Below, one piece after another: positions 9,856 to 19,499 of a stretch of 64,000 nucleotides of DNA. Where the stretch lies: NCBI GenBank assembly GCA_963711235.1, contig CAVQDI010000002.1, positions 206,395 to 270,394 on the forward strand, given 5' to 3'. The stretch's first letter is position 1; each line of letters begins with the position of its first letter. Both the position numbers and the translations under genes were made by a program. This stretch comes from an uncultured beta proteobacterium. GTDB taxonomy: Bacteria; Pseudomonadota; Gammaproteobacteria; Burkholderiales; Casimicrobiaceae. The notes under the pieces are model-generated. The model saw only the letters and a program-made list of their open reading frames with translations, did no database searches and was not told the origin of the DNA.

Positions 9856-10989
9856 TCACCTGTTGGCCACGCGTAAGAGCGTGATGCTTGGCGTGCCCTT
9901 GGCGGCGCAAATCCGATTCGTCGCTGCAATGAGCTCGCCAATCTCCGCGGCGGAGTAATGCGTGGTGATGTCGCCGTTCTTGTGCCCAAGGAGGAGCTTG
10001 CGGGTTTCGAGGCTTACTCCCGCGGACCTTAGTCGGCGCCCATACGTGTGCTTCAAATCGTGCACGCGCACTTGGGCAAAGGTCGGCGGGCAAGGCCGGC
10101 CGAGCAGCGCCGCGTACTCCTTCGCCGCCTCGCGGCGGGCGCGTTGCCACGCGGTATTGTTCATCCGGCCGACTTGCCTGCCTTCGTACGCGAACACATG
10201 CGTCGGATGTTGGCCACGGCGTGCCTCGATAACGGCACGGGCCGTTTCGTTCAGCACGACCAGACGATCTTCTGCATTCTTCACGTGATCTCCTGGAACG
10301 ATGAAGACGGTAGCGTCCAGCTCTGGCACGTTCTGCTCCCACGCCCATTGCAATGCACACACTTCACTTTCTCGGGTGCCAGTGTTTACTTTGAACAGCG
10401 CCATTTCCGCCAAATGCTTCGGTAACCACGAGAACAGCAATCGCTGCTCGTCCCACGCCAAAGGGTACGGCGCTCGCGCGTGAGGATTCTTCGGCATCTC
10501 CAGCAACGGCGGCGCGATCGGTAGCCACGGCTGATTGTCCTCGGTGCGCCACTTCCTTGCCGCCAGGTGCAGAATGTGCCGGACGACTTCGAGCGTTCGC
10601 TTCACCGTCGTCGGACTCACGCTATCGACTTCTAAGCGATGCTTTCTGAACGCGACTAGTTCCGGCGTGTCGTTATGAATCGCGATCAGATCGAGATTGC
10701 CGAGCCACGCCTCGACTAGCCCGATGTGATAGGCGTCGGTCTCGATGCTCCGCTTTGCCGCCTTCTCATTCAGGTATCGGACGCATGCTTTGCCGAAAGT
10801 TCGGCGAGTAGCGCTCTCGCGCTTCGCTTCTTCTTCGGCCTCCGCGATCCTCTTGCGGAGATCGTCTTCGGCAACCGCGAGGGTGACCCGTCCGAGCCTG
10901 GCGTAGATTCGCACCCCTCGATGAACCTTGTTGATGATTCTGTTTCCTCCGGCGTCGATAACGATGCCGGACGTTCTTGAGCGTCCCAT
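9856..10989 (-). CDS. int: Tyrosine-type site-specific integrase
   Basis: ATG at 10989 with AAGGAG upstream. Phage-integrase C-terminal motifs (VHDLKHTYGRRLRSAGVSLETRKLLLGHKNGDITTHYSAAE). Lies directly next to the tRNA 3' end. Confidence 0.9.
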   Translation of the reverse strand: MGRSRTSGIVIDAGGNRIINKVHRGVRIYARLGRVTLAVAEDDLRKRIAEAEEEAKRESATRRTFGKACVRYLNEKAAKRSIETDAYHIGLVEAWLGNLDLIAIHNDTPELVAFRKHRLEVDSVSPTTVKRTLEVVRHILHLAARKWRTEDNQPWLPIAPPLLEMPKNPHARAPYPLAWDEQRLLFSWLPKHLAEMALFKVNTGTRESEVCALQWAWEQNVPELDATVFIVPGDHVKNAEDRLVVLNETARAVIEARRGQHPTHVFAYEGRQVGRMNNTAWQRARREAAKEYAALLGRPCPPTFAQVRVHDLKHTYGRRLRSAGVSLETRKLLLGHKNGDITTHYSAAEIGELIAATNRICAAKGTPSITLLRVANR

Positions 10990-11267
10990 GTTTGAACTCC
11001 TTTCTCGGCGGGACGCCCGGCGCGTGCCTTATGGTGATCCACCCAGGCGTCAAGATCAAGCCGATCGAAAGCGACTCCTGCTGCGCCCATTGGAATCTCA
11101 ATGAGGTATGGCCGTATATCGCGTTCGAAGATCGTCGCCCCTACGCCAAGATAGGCCGCTGCCTGGGCAGGGCGAAGTAGCCGGGAGAGAAGAATAGCCA
11201 ACACTTCGCTACGTCCTAAGAAATCAATGCGCGCATGCGCAAACGCGTAGATTTCCTGATCGAGCAT
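10770..11267 (-). CDS. Excisionase/AlpA-like helix-turn-helix protein (3' boundary uncertain)
   Basis: LLRPAQAAAYLGVGATIFERDIRPYLIEIPMGAAGVAFDRLDLDAWV matches the HTH_17/Xis pattern directly upstream of int. The first in-frame stop is 220 nt inside int, so the true end is doubtful. Confidence 0.45.
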   Translation of the reverse strand: MLDQEIYAFAHARIDFLGRSEVLAILLSRLLRPAQAAAYLGVGATIFERDIRPYLIEIPMGAAGVAFDRLDLDAWVDHHKARAGRPAEKGVQTWDAQERPASLSTPEETESSTRFIEGCESTPGSDGSPSRLPKTISARGSRRPKKKRSARALLAELSAKHASDT

Positions 11268-11603
11268 GGCTTTGCGCAACGTGATGGCGACCGCGTGTCG
11301 GTTCCGCCGAGTCTGGTGACGGCACTGCGACGACGCGATCTTGAAGCCGTAGCCAACGCGTTGGTGGCCGAGACAGGCTTGGTTCACCGCCCGCTTGTCG
11401 ACGGTGAACGCGTGACAGGCGTCTATCGGCGGATTGTGGTCGCTGCAAGCGGACGCTTTGCGATGCTGGATGACGACCTTGGCTTTAGCCTGGTGCCTTG
11501 GCGTCCGGTCCTTGAGCAACGCATCGGCCAGCAGATGAGTGCGACGCTATACGGTGATCAGGTTACATGGAGTTTTAGCCGTCAGCGAGGTCTGTCGAGA
11601 TAG
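11235..11603 (+). pseudogene. C-terminal fragment of a DUF3363-type relaxase-associated protein
   Basis: RRRDLEAVANALVAETGLVHRPLVDGERVTGVYRRIVVAASGRFAMLDDDLGFSLVPWRPVLEQRIGQ resembles the conserved C-terminus of DUF3363 proteins of integrative/conjugative elements. No N-terminal part is present. Confidence 0.55.
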
Positions 11604-11706
11604 TCCACCATTGCATCTGCAGCGATTGCGAACAGACTGGCCGCTGTAATTTGCCGTCGTTTGGCGTTTCGCCAACTTGCCGCGAAGCAGACGCGCATTG
11701 ATTTAG

Positions 11707-11865
11707 ATGGCGAAAACCCGGGCCCATCTGAAGCGATCGACCAAAAGCATCTCGCTACGGCTGTCTGTGCACACGCTTGATCGGATCAAAGCTGCCGCGA
11801 ATGAATGGGACGCCCCATATCAGTCCCTGATTAGGGTATGGCTAGAGGACAAACTTTCCGTGTGA
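11707..11865 (+). CDS. Short CopG/BrnA-like antitoxin C-terminal domain ORF (52 aa, not in the ORF track)
   Basis: MAKTRAHLKRSTKSISLRLSVHTLDRIKAAANEWDAPYQSLIRVWLEDKLSV. The pattern K-x-ISLRL...A...PYQSLI..WL is that of CopG-type antitoxins. A TAG lies immediately upstream, so it is probably truncated. Confidence 0.4.
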   Translation: MAKTRAHLKRSTKSISLRLSVHTLDRIKAAANEWDAPYQSLIRVWLEDKLSV

Positions 11866-12246
11866 GCGCGTCTGCCACGGGACGCAACGCGGTGAAGCAC
11901 GCATGGAGTCGCAAGGATCTCGACAACTTGCCGTCGACCGCGTTGACAGCTACTCTTTCGTACACTAATTTCGAGGTCTAACTTGTGCAAGGCAAGCGAT
12001 CCGGTTCCGGGAGATCGCATCTCATCGCACACCGGTGCTGTGCTGTATTCATGGCTCCTGCAGAAGGCCACAGAAAATTGTTTAAGCCGAACCGCGGTGG
12101 CGTCAACGACGCGCGGAAGGCATTCCTTCCGCCTTAGCAATCGACAACTGGTGGCGACGTGCATTAGGGTTCAAAGGAGGGGGCAATATGCGTAGTCTTC
12201 GTGTCTTCGCAGCAGCGTCGCTGCTGGCCAGAGGACGATCCCAACG

Positions 12247-14571
12247 TTGATCGCGCTTGTGCGTTATCATCGAATCAAAGGACCGAGGGTCCGAGTTGCG
12301 GTGTCAGCGATCCAGGTGGGCGCGTTCCGGCCGACCTCCCCAACCACATTTCGAGGATCAGCCATACGCCTTGCATCACTTCTCGTGGCGTGCTGTTTCC
12401 TGGTCGCGCCATCGCCGACGGGGGCGCAGACCAGGAACGTCCTGGTGCTTTTCTCCAACAATCGCCTGCTTCCCGCCAACATCGAGGTCGATCGCGGTTT
12501 GCGGGAAGACGTCGCGAGTTCGACAGCTCGAAACGTCGCGTTCTTCGCGGAGTTTCTCGATCAGCCCGCCTTCAGCGGTCAAGTATACGAACAAACTGTC
12601 ATCTCCTACTTGCATGACAAATACCTCGCCCGTCCGCCGGCGACTATCGTCGTCACCGGCGAGTTCGCGCTCGAATTCCTGCTTCGCAATCGTGCCCGCT
12701 TGTTCCCTGACGTACCGCTGGTCTTCGTCCCAGTCGACAGGTCCTTCGCGCAGTCGATCCAGCCGTTGCCCGCCGACGTCGTGGTCGTCCCGGTCGAGTA
12801 CGACTATTTGGGCACCATTCAACTTGCGTTGCGCTTGCATCCGCACACCCGGCGGCTGGTAGTGGTGACTGGCACCAGTGATTGGGATCGGAATTGGGAA
12901 TCTGACTTGCGTGTCGGACTCGCCCGCCTGAAGGTTGCTCCGACAGTCGAGTTCATCGCAGGCCTGTCTACCGACGCCGTGGTGAAGCGACTGAGTGAGC
13001 TGGGGCACGGCGACGTGGTGTTTACGCCCGGTTACTTCAGGGACGGCGCGGACCAAATATTCGCGCCACGCGATTCTGTCGCACTCATGGTGGCCGCATC
13101 GGGTGCGCCTATCTATGGGCCGTTTAGCACCTTCATCGGCGCCGGCATCGTAGGCGGACGCATGCCGACCTACATCGATATGGGACGGCAGGCGGCGAGA
13201 TTCGTCAATAGCCTGCTCGACGGTGCCCCGCCCGCAACGCTCCGCTTGCCGGCGAGCATTCCGGCGCAAGTGCAGATCGACTGGCGACAGGTGCAGAAGT
13301 GGAACATTGCCGTGGACGATATTTCGGATGACGCCATCGTATATTTCAGGGAGCCGACGTTCTGGGAGGCGCATCGCATCCAGGCGGTTATCATTGTGGC
13401 GGTGATCCTCCTCCAGGCCGCGCTGATCGCCGCGCTTCTCGTCGAGCGGCGATTGCGCCAGCGGACGGCATCTGCGCTGGAGGAAACCGAAAAGCGCATG
13501 ACTCTAGCAACGCAAGCTGCGCGACTGTCAACGTGGATGTGGGAGATCGCCCGCGACCGAATTTGGATATTCCCGGCATCGCAGCAGCCTGGAGGCCGCT
13601 CAGGCGAATCGCCGGCAACGCAGGAAGACGCGCTGAAGACCGTGCATCCGGCGGACCGCGCGGAGGTTGAGCGGGCGATACGCCAGACGGTCGCGGAGAA
13701 CGCCGAACTCTATATCGAATACCGCGTGGTAGATCCTAACGGCGACGTGCGCTGGATCGCGGCACGTGGGCGGCCAGAGAAGGGTCATAAACAGCGAATC
13801 CTCGGCGTGGCTGCCGATGTCACCGAGCGCAAGGTCGCAGAATTGCAGGCTGCGAAAGACCGCGCGGAACTGCAGCATTTGACTCGCGTGTCCCTGCTGG
13901 GGCAGCTTTCCGCCTCCATTGCCCATCAGCTGAACCAGCCACTCTCGGCAATACTCGGCAACGCCGAAGCCGCGCAGAAGATGCTTGGGCGCGATAAAGT
14001 CGATCTCGCGGAGTTGCGGGAAATCTGCAACGACATCGTCAGCGAGGACCACCGCGCGTCGCAGGTCATTCGCCGGCTGGGCGATCTTTACAAACGCGGC
14101 GGCGCGAAGATGGAGCCGGTCGATCTGAACGAACTGGTTGGCGAGACGCTCGATCTTGTACGCAACGAATTGCTTACTCGCAACATCACAGTGGCCACCG
14201 AGTTCGCATCGGTGCTGCCCACCATCGAGGGTGGCAGGGTTCAGCTGCAGCAGGTCCTGCTCAATCTCATCCTGAACGCTGCCGAAGCGATGAGCGAGAC
14301 CGTCATGGAGCAACGTAAGGTTACAATACGCACACACGTAACCCCCACCGTCGTGAAGTTGTACGTTGTCGATCATGGGCCCGGCATCGCCGCGGATGGC
14401 CTAAGGCACCTGTTCGATGCATTCTGGACTACCAAGGCCGGAGGGATGGGCATGGGCCTCGCGCTTTGCCAATCCATTGTTGCTGCGCATCGAGGCAGCA
14501 TTACGGCGGCGAACAACGTGGACGGTGGTGCCACATTTTGCGTAGCCTTGCCGATAAGGCAAAACCCATGA
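12247..14571 (+). CDS. Sensor histidine kinase with periplasmic ABC-substrate-binding-like domain, PAS, HisKA and HATPase domains
   Basis: TTG start in the track (true start uncertain). Has a TM helix, a PAS-like region (ELYIEYRVVDPNGDVRWIAARG), an H-box SASIAHQLNQPLSAI, and N/G boxes LLNLILNAAEA and DHGPGI...GMGMGLALC. Confidence 0.85.
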   Translation: MIALVRYHRIKGPRVRVAVSAIQVGAFRPTSPTTFRGSAIRLASLLVACCFLVAPSPTGAQTRNVLVLFSNNRLLPANIEVDRGLREDVASSTARNVAFFAEFLDQPAFSGQVYEQTVISYLHDKYLARPPATIVVTGEFALEFLLRNRARLFPDVPLVFVPVDRSFAQSIQPLPADVVVVPVEYDYLGTIQLALRLHPHTRRLVVVTGTSDWDRNWESDLRVGLARLKVAPTVEFIAGLSTDAVVKRLSELGHGDVVFTPGYFRDGADQIFAPRDSVALMVAASGAPIYGPFSTFIGAGIVGGRMPTYIDMGRQAARFVNSLLDGAPPATLRLPASIPAQVQIDWRQVQKWNIAVDDISDDAIVYFREPTFWEAHRIQAVIIVAVILLQAALIAALLVERRLRQRTASALEETEKRMTLATQAARLSTWMWEIARDRIWIFPASQQPGGRSGESPATQEDALKTVHPADRAEVERAIRQTVAENAELYIEYRVVDPNGDVRWIAARGRPEKGHKQRILGVAADVTERKVAELQAAKDRAELQHLTRVSLLGQLSASIAHQLNQPLSAILGNAEAAQKMLGRDKVDLAELREICNDIVSEDHRASQVIRRLGDLYKRGGAKMEPVDLNELVGETLDLVRNELLTRNITVATEFASVLPTIEGGRVQLQQVLLNLILNAAEAMSETVMEQRKVTIRTHVTPTVVKLYVVDHGPGIAADGLRHLFDAFWTTKAGGMGMGLALCQSIVAAHRGSITAANNVDGGATFCVALPIRQNP

Positions 14572-15254
14572 GCGAGACCGCCGCGACGAAGACCATCTTC
14601 CTGGTCGACGACGACCCGGGGGTGTTGAAGGCCCTTTCGCGCGTACTTCGGGAAGACGGCTGGCGCGTCGAGACATTCGAGTCCGCTGAAGCGTTTCTCG
14701 CCCGTTCGGATTTGGATTCGCCCGGATGCCTCGTGCTCGACGTGACCATGCCCGGCCTCGATGGGCTCGAGTTGCAACGTAGACTGACCGAAGGACGGCA
14801 TCTGTTGCCGATCGTCTTTGTCACAGGGAACGGCAACATCCCGATGTCGGTACGGGCGATCAAGGCCGGCGCCACGGATTTCCTCACCAAGCCGGTGAAG
14901 GGTGAGGCGCTGGTAGCTGCTGTGCGGGCGGCGATCGACCAGGACGCGTCGGTGCGTCAGGCGCGGGCCAATACCGCGGAGCTTCGGCAACGCTTTGCCA
15001 GTCTGACACCGCGCGAGCACGAGGTGCTTGAGGCGTTGGCGGCGGGGAAGCTCAACAAGCAGATCGCCGCAGACCTTGGCATCGTCGAGCAGACGGTCAA
15101 ATTCCATCGCGCCCGCATCATGGAGCGGATGCAGGCAAGAACCATCGCCGAACTGATGCACGTCGCGGCACGGCTCGGAATCGGCGCCACGGCGCCGCCA
15201 GCCGATCGGACACCATCCTCAGTCGATCCCTCACATCAATGGCCGCGATCCTAG
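14568..15254 (+). CDS. FixJ/LuxR-family response regulator
   Basis: ATG overlaps the kinase stop (ATGA). Receiver domain (IFLVDDDPGV...LVLDVTMPGLDG...TKP) plus LuxR HTH (LTPREHEVLEALAAGKLNKQIAADLGIVEQTVKFHRARIM). Confidence 0.9.
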   Translation: MSETAATKTIFLVDDDPGVLKALSRVLREDGWRVETFESAEAFLARSDLDSPGCLVLDVTMPGLDGLELQRRLTEGRHLLPIVFVTGNGNIPMSVRAIKAGATDFLTKPVKGEALVAAVRAAIDQDASVRQARANTAELRQRFASLTPREHEVLEALAAGKLNKQIAADLGIVEQTVKFHRARIMERMQARTIAELMHVAARLGIGATAPPADRTPSSVDPSHQWPRS

Positions 15255-15322
15255 CTCAGGTCGTAGGCCACTAGCCCAAAGAATAGTTCCGAACCGGGCT
15301 CCAACACCGTAGTGTTCGGCAG

Positions 15323-15712
15323 GTGACAAGTGTCGATCCCTGTATCGCCGTGGTCGACGACGAGGCGTCCGTTCGCACCATGCTCGGACGCTTGTTGCGT
15401 TTGGCCGACTACCAAGTTGCCGCTTTTGCGGGCGGCGAGGAGTTTCTGGCTTCGCTCGCGGAATCGCGGCCTGACTGCGTGATTCTCGACGTGCACATGC
15501 CCGGCCTCTCCGGGTTCGACGTGCAGTCGCGGCTGCGCGCGGCGCACATTCATGTTCCCGTCGTCTTCATTACCGCGAGCGACGATCTTGCGCTCGGTCG
15601 GACAGCCGAGGAGGCAGGAGGCGTGCGGCTGCTCCGTAAACCTTTCTCCAACGACGAGCTGCTCGATGCAATTGGCATCGCACTCCGTGGCAAGCCGAGC
15701 TTGGCGCCATAA
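15323..15712 (+). CDS. Single-domain response regulator (CheY-like receiver)
   Basis: GTG start. IAVVDDEASV...VILDVHMPGLSGFD...VVFITASDD...LRKPF. Confidence 0.8.
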   Translation: MTSVDPCIAVVDDEASVRTMLGRLLRLADYQVAAFAGGEEFLASLAESRPDCVILDVHMPGLSGFDVQSRLRAAHIHVPVVFITASDDLALGRTAEEAGGVRLLRKPFSNDELLDAIGIALRGKPSLAP

Positions 15713-15860
15713 AAGTGTCACATTGCTGCTGAACCGTTGCCTATACCAAAAGCTAGTGTTCAAGACCCGATTAGATCTGTACAAAACAACACGGTGTGCT
15801 GACCGCACCGGCACGGGCGCGCCGTATGGCGCCCTAAACTCTGCACATGGGAGTCACGAC

Positions 15861-17570
15861 ATGAATTTGCGAAAGCTTTTCTCCGTGTCCATTGCCACTC
15901 TGGCGCTCGCGCTGTCCGCGGCGACACCGGGGCTGGCGCAGCAGAAGCCCAATATCCTTTTCATCATGGGTGATGACATCGGCTGGATGCAGCCAAGCAT
16001 CTATCATCAAGGATTGATGGTCGGCGAAACGCCCAATATCGACCGCATCGGGTACGAGGGCGCCAAGTTCATGACCTATTACGCTGAGCAAAGCTGCACT
16101 GCGGGGCGCAACGCCTTCTTCACCGGCATGCATCCACTGCGCACCGGCATGATCCCGCCGCAATTGCCCGGCAGCCCGTCCTACCTGCGGCCCGGAACGC
16201 CGGCGCTGGCGAAGTTTCTGCGCGACCTCGGCTACAACACGGGCGAGTTCGGCAAGAATCACTTGGGGGACCACACCCAGGCACTGCCGACCGCGCACGG
16301 CTTCCAGGAATACTGGGGCTACTTGTACCACCTGGACGCGATGCAGGGCGTCAGCTTCCCCGACATCAACAAGAGTCCGCTGGTGCAAAGCATCGTACCG
16401 CCGTGCAAGAACACGCCGGTCCGCGGGCTCTCCGACCCTCCCGGTGCGGTAGATCAGAAGACCACGCTCTGCATGATGCCCCCGCGGCCGGTGATCTGGT
16501 GCACGTCCTCCGACGGCACGGAAGCCAACCAGACGTGCAAGGACGAGGGCCCGTTGACGCTAGAGCGATCGAAGACCGTGGACGAGGAGATTTCGGCCAA
16601 AGTGATCGATTTCCTCGAGCGCAACGATCCCAAGAAGACCGGGAAGCCCTTCTTCGTCTGGTACAACCCGGCGCGGATGCATGTCACGACGGTGCTGTCG
16701 GACAAGTACATGGCCATGGTGGGTGAGCCGGGCGGCAAGGACTGGGGCGTAAATGAAGCCGGCATGAAGCAGATGGACGACAACATTGGCTACGTCCTGA
16801 AGAAGCTGGAGGACATGGGTCAGCTCGACAACACGATCGTGGTCTTCACCACCGACAATGGCGCCGAAGTGATCACGTTCCCCGACGGTGGCAACACGCC
16901 CTTCAAGGGCGGGAAGCTGACGACCTGGGAAGGCGGCATGCGGGCTCCGCTGGTCATCCGCTGGCCCGGCCACATCAAGCCGCATACGGTCCTGAGCGAC
17001 ATCTTTGCGTCCCTTGACTGGCTGCCCACGTTTGTCGATATCGCCGGTGGCCCGAAGGGCGACGAGCTGAAGAAGCAGATCGAGGCTGGAAGGTATCCCG
17101 GGATCGTGAAAACGACTCTCGACGGCGTCGACCAGCGCGACTACCTAGAAGGCAAGTCAGCCAAGTCGGCGCGCGACACGTTCTTCTACTACACCGGCGC
17201 CACGCCGTCGGCGGTGCGGTACAAGAACTGGAAAATCTACTTCTCGATGGCGGGGCCGGGTCCGACTGGCGGGCTCACAGGGGCAGAAACCTATCATTGG
17301 CCCCTGGTCGATAATATCAAACGCGACCCCTTCGAGGGGTCGGTCGGTCCCGAATCGAAGACTCTATTCGGCCAGGCGGGTTCGCTTGCGGGGCCAGTCA
17401 CCGCATATATTTACGACTGGAACGTCATTCCGGTCGGACAGTGGCTATGGCTGAAAGAACTTGAATCCTATGTGGCGTACCCCCCCATGCAGGACCCGGA
17501 GAGCTACAACCTGACCCAGGTCCTCCAGCAGATCAAGGAGCAACGCGCGATCAGTCACGCCGGTGACTAA
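15861..17570 (+). CDS. Arylsulfatase (sulfatase family), secreted
   Basis: ATG at 15861 after GGGAG. Signal peptide. NILFIMGDDIGW and the active-site region SCTAGRNAFFTGMHPLRTG (Cys-type formylglycine motif with Ala in place of Pro). TTDNGAE and GGKLTTWEGG. Confidence 0.85.
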   Translation: MNLRKLFSVSIATLALALSAATPGLAQQKPNILFIMGDDIGWMQPSIYHQGLMVGETPNIDRIGYEGAKFMTYYAEQSCTAGRNAFFTGMHPLRTGMIPPQLPGSPSYLRPGTPALAKFLRDLGYNTGEFGKNHLGDHTQALPTAHGFQEYWGYLYHLDAMQGVSFPDINKSPLVQSIVPPCKNTPVRGLSDPPGAVDQKTTLCMMPPRPVIWCTSSDGTEANQTCKDEGPLTLERSKTVDEEISAKVIDFLERNDPKKTGKPFFVWYNPARMHVTTVLSDKYMAMVGEPGGKDWGVNEAGMKQMDDNIGYVLKKLEDMGQLDNTIVVFTTDNGAEVITFPDGGNTPFKGGKLTTWEGGMRAPLVIRWPGHIKPHTVLSDIFASLDWLPTFVDIAGGPKGDELKKQIEAGRYPGIVKTTLDGVDQRDYLEGKSAKSARDTFFYYTGATPSAVRYKNWKIYFSMAGPGPTGGLTGAETYHWPLVDNIKRDPFEGSVGPESKTLFGQAGSLAGPVTAYIYDWNVIPVGQWLWLKELESYVAYPPMQDPESYNLTQVLQQIKEQRAISHAGD

Positions 17571-17644
17571 GACGTTAGGAGTTATCGGTGACTAGGCGGG
17601 CGGCCCGAAGGGGCCGCCCGGTTTCCGATTCGCAAAGGACGCCA

Positions 17645-17818
17645 ATGAAACTGGGTCCCTTGTTTTCAGCGTTAGTTCGTTTTCTTGCACTGCGTGCCCT
17701 GCTCGAGTTAGGCGCGCCCGCACAGTCCCGGACCGACCCGTTGCCCTCGTGGAAGCAGGGCTGGATCGTAATTAGCATGAAGGACGACTGGAAGCAGGTC
17801 TTCTCGTTCGAGCAATGA
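17645..17818 (+). pseudogene. Mini-ORF left by an internal deletion of a secreted HAD-like hydrolase gene
   Basis: Signal peptide + AQSRTDPLPSW (family N-terminus) joined directly to KQGWIVISMKDDWKQVFSFEQ (family C-terminus). About 300 residues appear to be missing. Confidence 0.45.
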
Positions 17819-17975
17819 TGCTATCCAGCCCGCTGGAATTCCTGTCCGTTATTGCTGCCCCCCCTGCGCGCATCAATCATCTTGATCGCGCTTACCCGGG
17901 ATCCGAAACTGAGCGTCGACCTTGGGAGACCGTTCATGAGGCATATCGTTAAGGTGTCACTCGTTGGAGGCTAAC

Positions 17976-18548
17976 ATGAAGAAGCTCTTTACCATCGCGG
18001 GCACCCTTCTTGTTACGGGCGTGGTTGTAGCGGGATTGCTCTACGTCACATTCCCGGTGCCGATGACGACCTACGGCGGTATGGGCCTCAACTACCTCAA
18101 GACGCTATCGACGCCGACAGGCACGGTGAGTACGGAGAAGAATCCGGCCTACAAGGCGCCTGTCTCCGGTGTGCCGTCGCCTCCCCTGGTCGATGCCGCA
18201 TGGCCAAACGCAGCGCCCGGTGATTGGCCCAGTTACAACAGGACGCCGACCTCACAGCGTTACTCGCCGCTCGCCCAGATCAATACCAAGAACGTTGGCG
18301 GCCTGAAGGTCTTGTGCACCTACGACCTCCACACGATCACTGCCTTTGAATCCGGATTGATCATGGTGGACAACGCCTTGATCGGCACCACCGAGTTCGA
18401 GGTTTTCTCGATCATTCCCGCCACTTGCGCCGAGAACTGGCGCACGCACGTGGATTCCGCCGGATCGCTCCTGCCAGCCAACCGCGGCCGGAGCAGTGGG
18501 TTCGGGGGTGGTGGTTTCCGCGGTGGTGGGTTCGGGGGACGGCGCTGA
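17976..18548 (+). pseudogene. N-terminal fragment of a membrane-bound PQQ-dependent dehydrogenase
   Basis: ATG with GGAGG upstream, and an N-terminal TM helix. DWPSYNRTPTSQRYSPLAQINTKNVGGLKVLCTYD is the start of a quinoprotein beta-propeller. It ends after about 170 aa in an unrelated Gly/Arg tail (GFGGGGFRGGGFGGRR). Confidence 0.55.
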
Positions 18549-18670
18549 TTGAATACCGCGAAGGCCCGGAAGAACGATGCTGACGGGCGGTTGGTCCTAG
18601 CCATACGTCTTTTCAGAGCGGGACGGAAGGCTCTTCTTTGGGGAATTCGTTGCACTCAAGAGGAAACGAC

Positions 18671-19294
18671 ATGAAAGCATACATTGCGATGTTCGCTGTA
18701 GCCATGTGTCTCCCTTCGCCGCCGATTCTGGCCCAAGAGTTTTCTTGGGATCCGCTGAAGGACGTGCAGGAAGCGTTCCCCGCAGGCGTACCCAACGAAG
18801 CCAAGATCCTCCAGGCGCGTCTGCAGGTGCGGGAAATGGCGCAGGACGCATTGGCTTCGCTGTACGAAAACTCGCCCGGCGCTCGCCACGCCATCGAGAG
18901 GTCGGCGGGCTATGCGGTATTCAGCACGTTTGGTCTCAAACTCTTCTTCGCTGGGGGCACCAGCGGCAAGGGCATGGTCGTCAACCAGCGCACCGAACGC
19001 GATACCTTCATGAAGATGGTACAGGTCGAGGGCGGCCTGGGATTCGGGGTCAACAAGAACCGGCTAATCTTTGTCTTCACCAATGAGCCCGCCCTACGCA
19101 ACTTCATCGATCAAGGTTGGCAATTCGGAGGCCAAGCCAACGCGTCTGCGATGGCCGGCGGCCAGGGCAGCATGTTTAGTGGCGCCGCTTCGGTAGCCCC
19201 CGGCGTTTACGTATATCAACTGACACAAACGGGGCTCTCGGCCTCGATCACTGTGTCGGGTACGAAGTTCTTCACGGACCCCGACCTGAACTGA
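18671..19294 (+). CDS. Secreted SYLF/Ysc84-like domain protein
   Basis: ATG at 18671. Signal peptide. AGYAVFSTFGLKLFFAGGTSGKGMVVNQ...GGLGFGVNKNRLIFVFTNEPAL...GGQANASAMAGG. Confidence 0.5.
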   Translation: MKAYIAMFAVAMCLPSPPILAQEFSWDPLKDVQEAFPAGVPNEAKILQARLQVREMAQDALASLYENSPGARHAIERSAGYAVFSTFGLKLFFAGGTSGKGMVVNQRTERDTFMKMVQVEGGLGFGVNKNRLIFVFTNEPALRNFIDQGWQFGGQANASAMAGGQGSMFSGAASVAPGVYVYQLTQTGLSASITVSGTKFFTDPDLN

Positions 19295-19499
19295 GCCCCG
19301 TGATACGATCATCGACGGGCTTGCGGATCGACGGTCGCAATCGCGAGCGCATTGAAATGATGAAAGTGGTTGTCGTAATGTTAGGACATTGCTGCGACTG
19401 CGGCCATTTGACCTGACAAATCTTCGGGCAAGAGGACACTAGTTCGCGATATCTTGTTCCCCGCGGCGATTCCTCGCCCCCCTTTAGAGTCAGAAAATC

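Noticed and set aside
11774-11788. Palindrome TTGATCGGATCAA resembling an FNR box.
   Set aside because: The spacer is 3 nt rather than 4, and it lies inside the CopG-like ORF in island 1.
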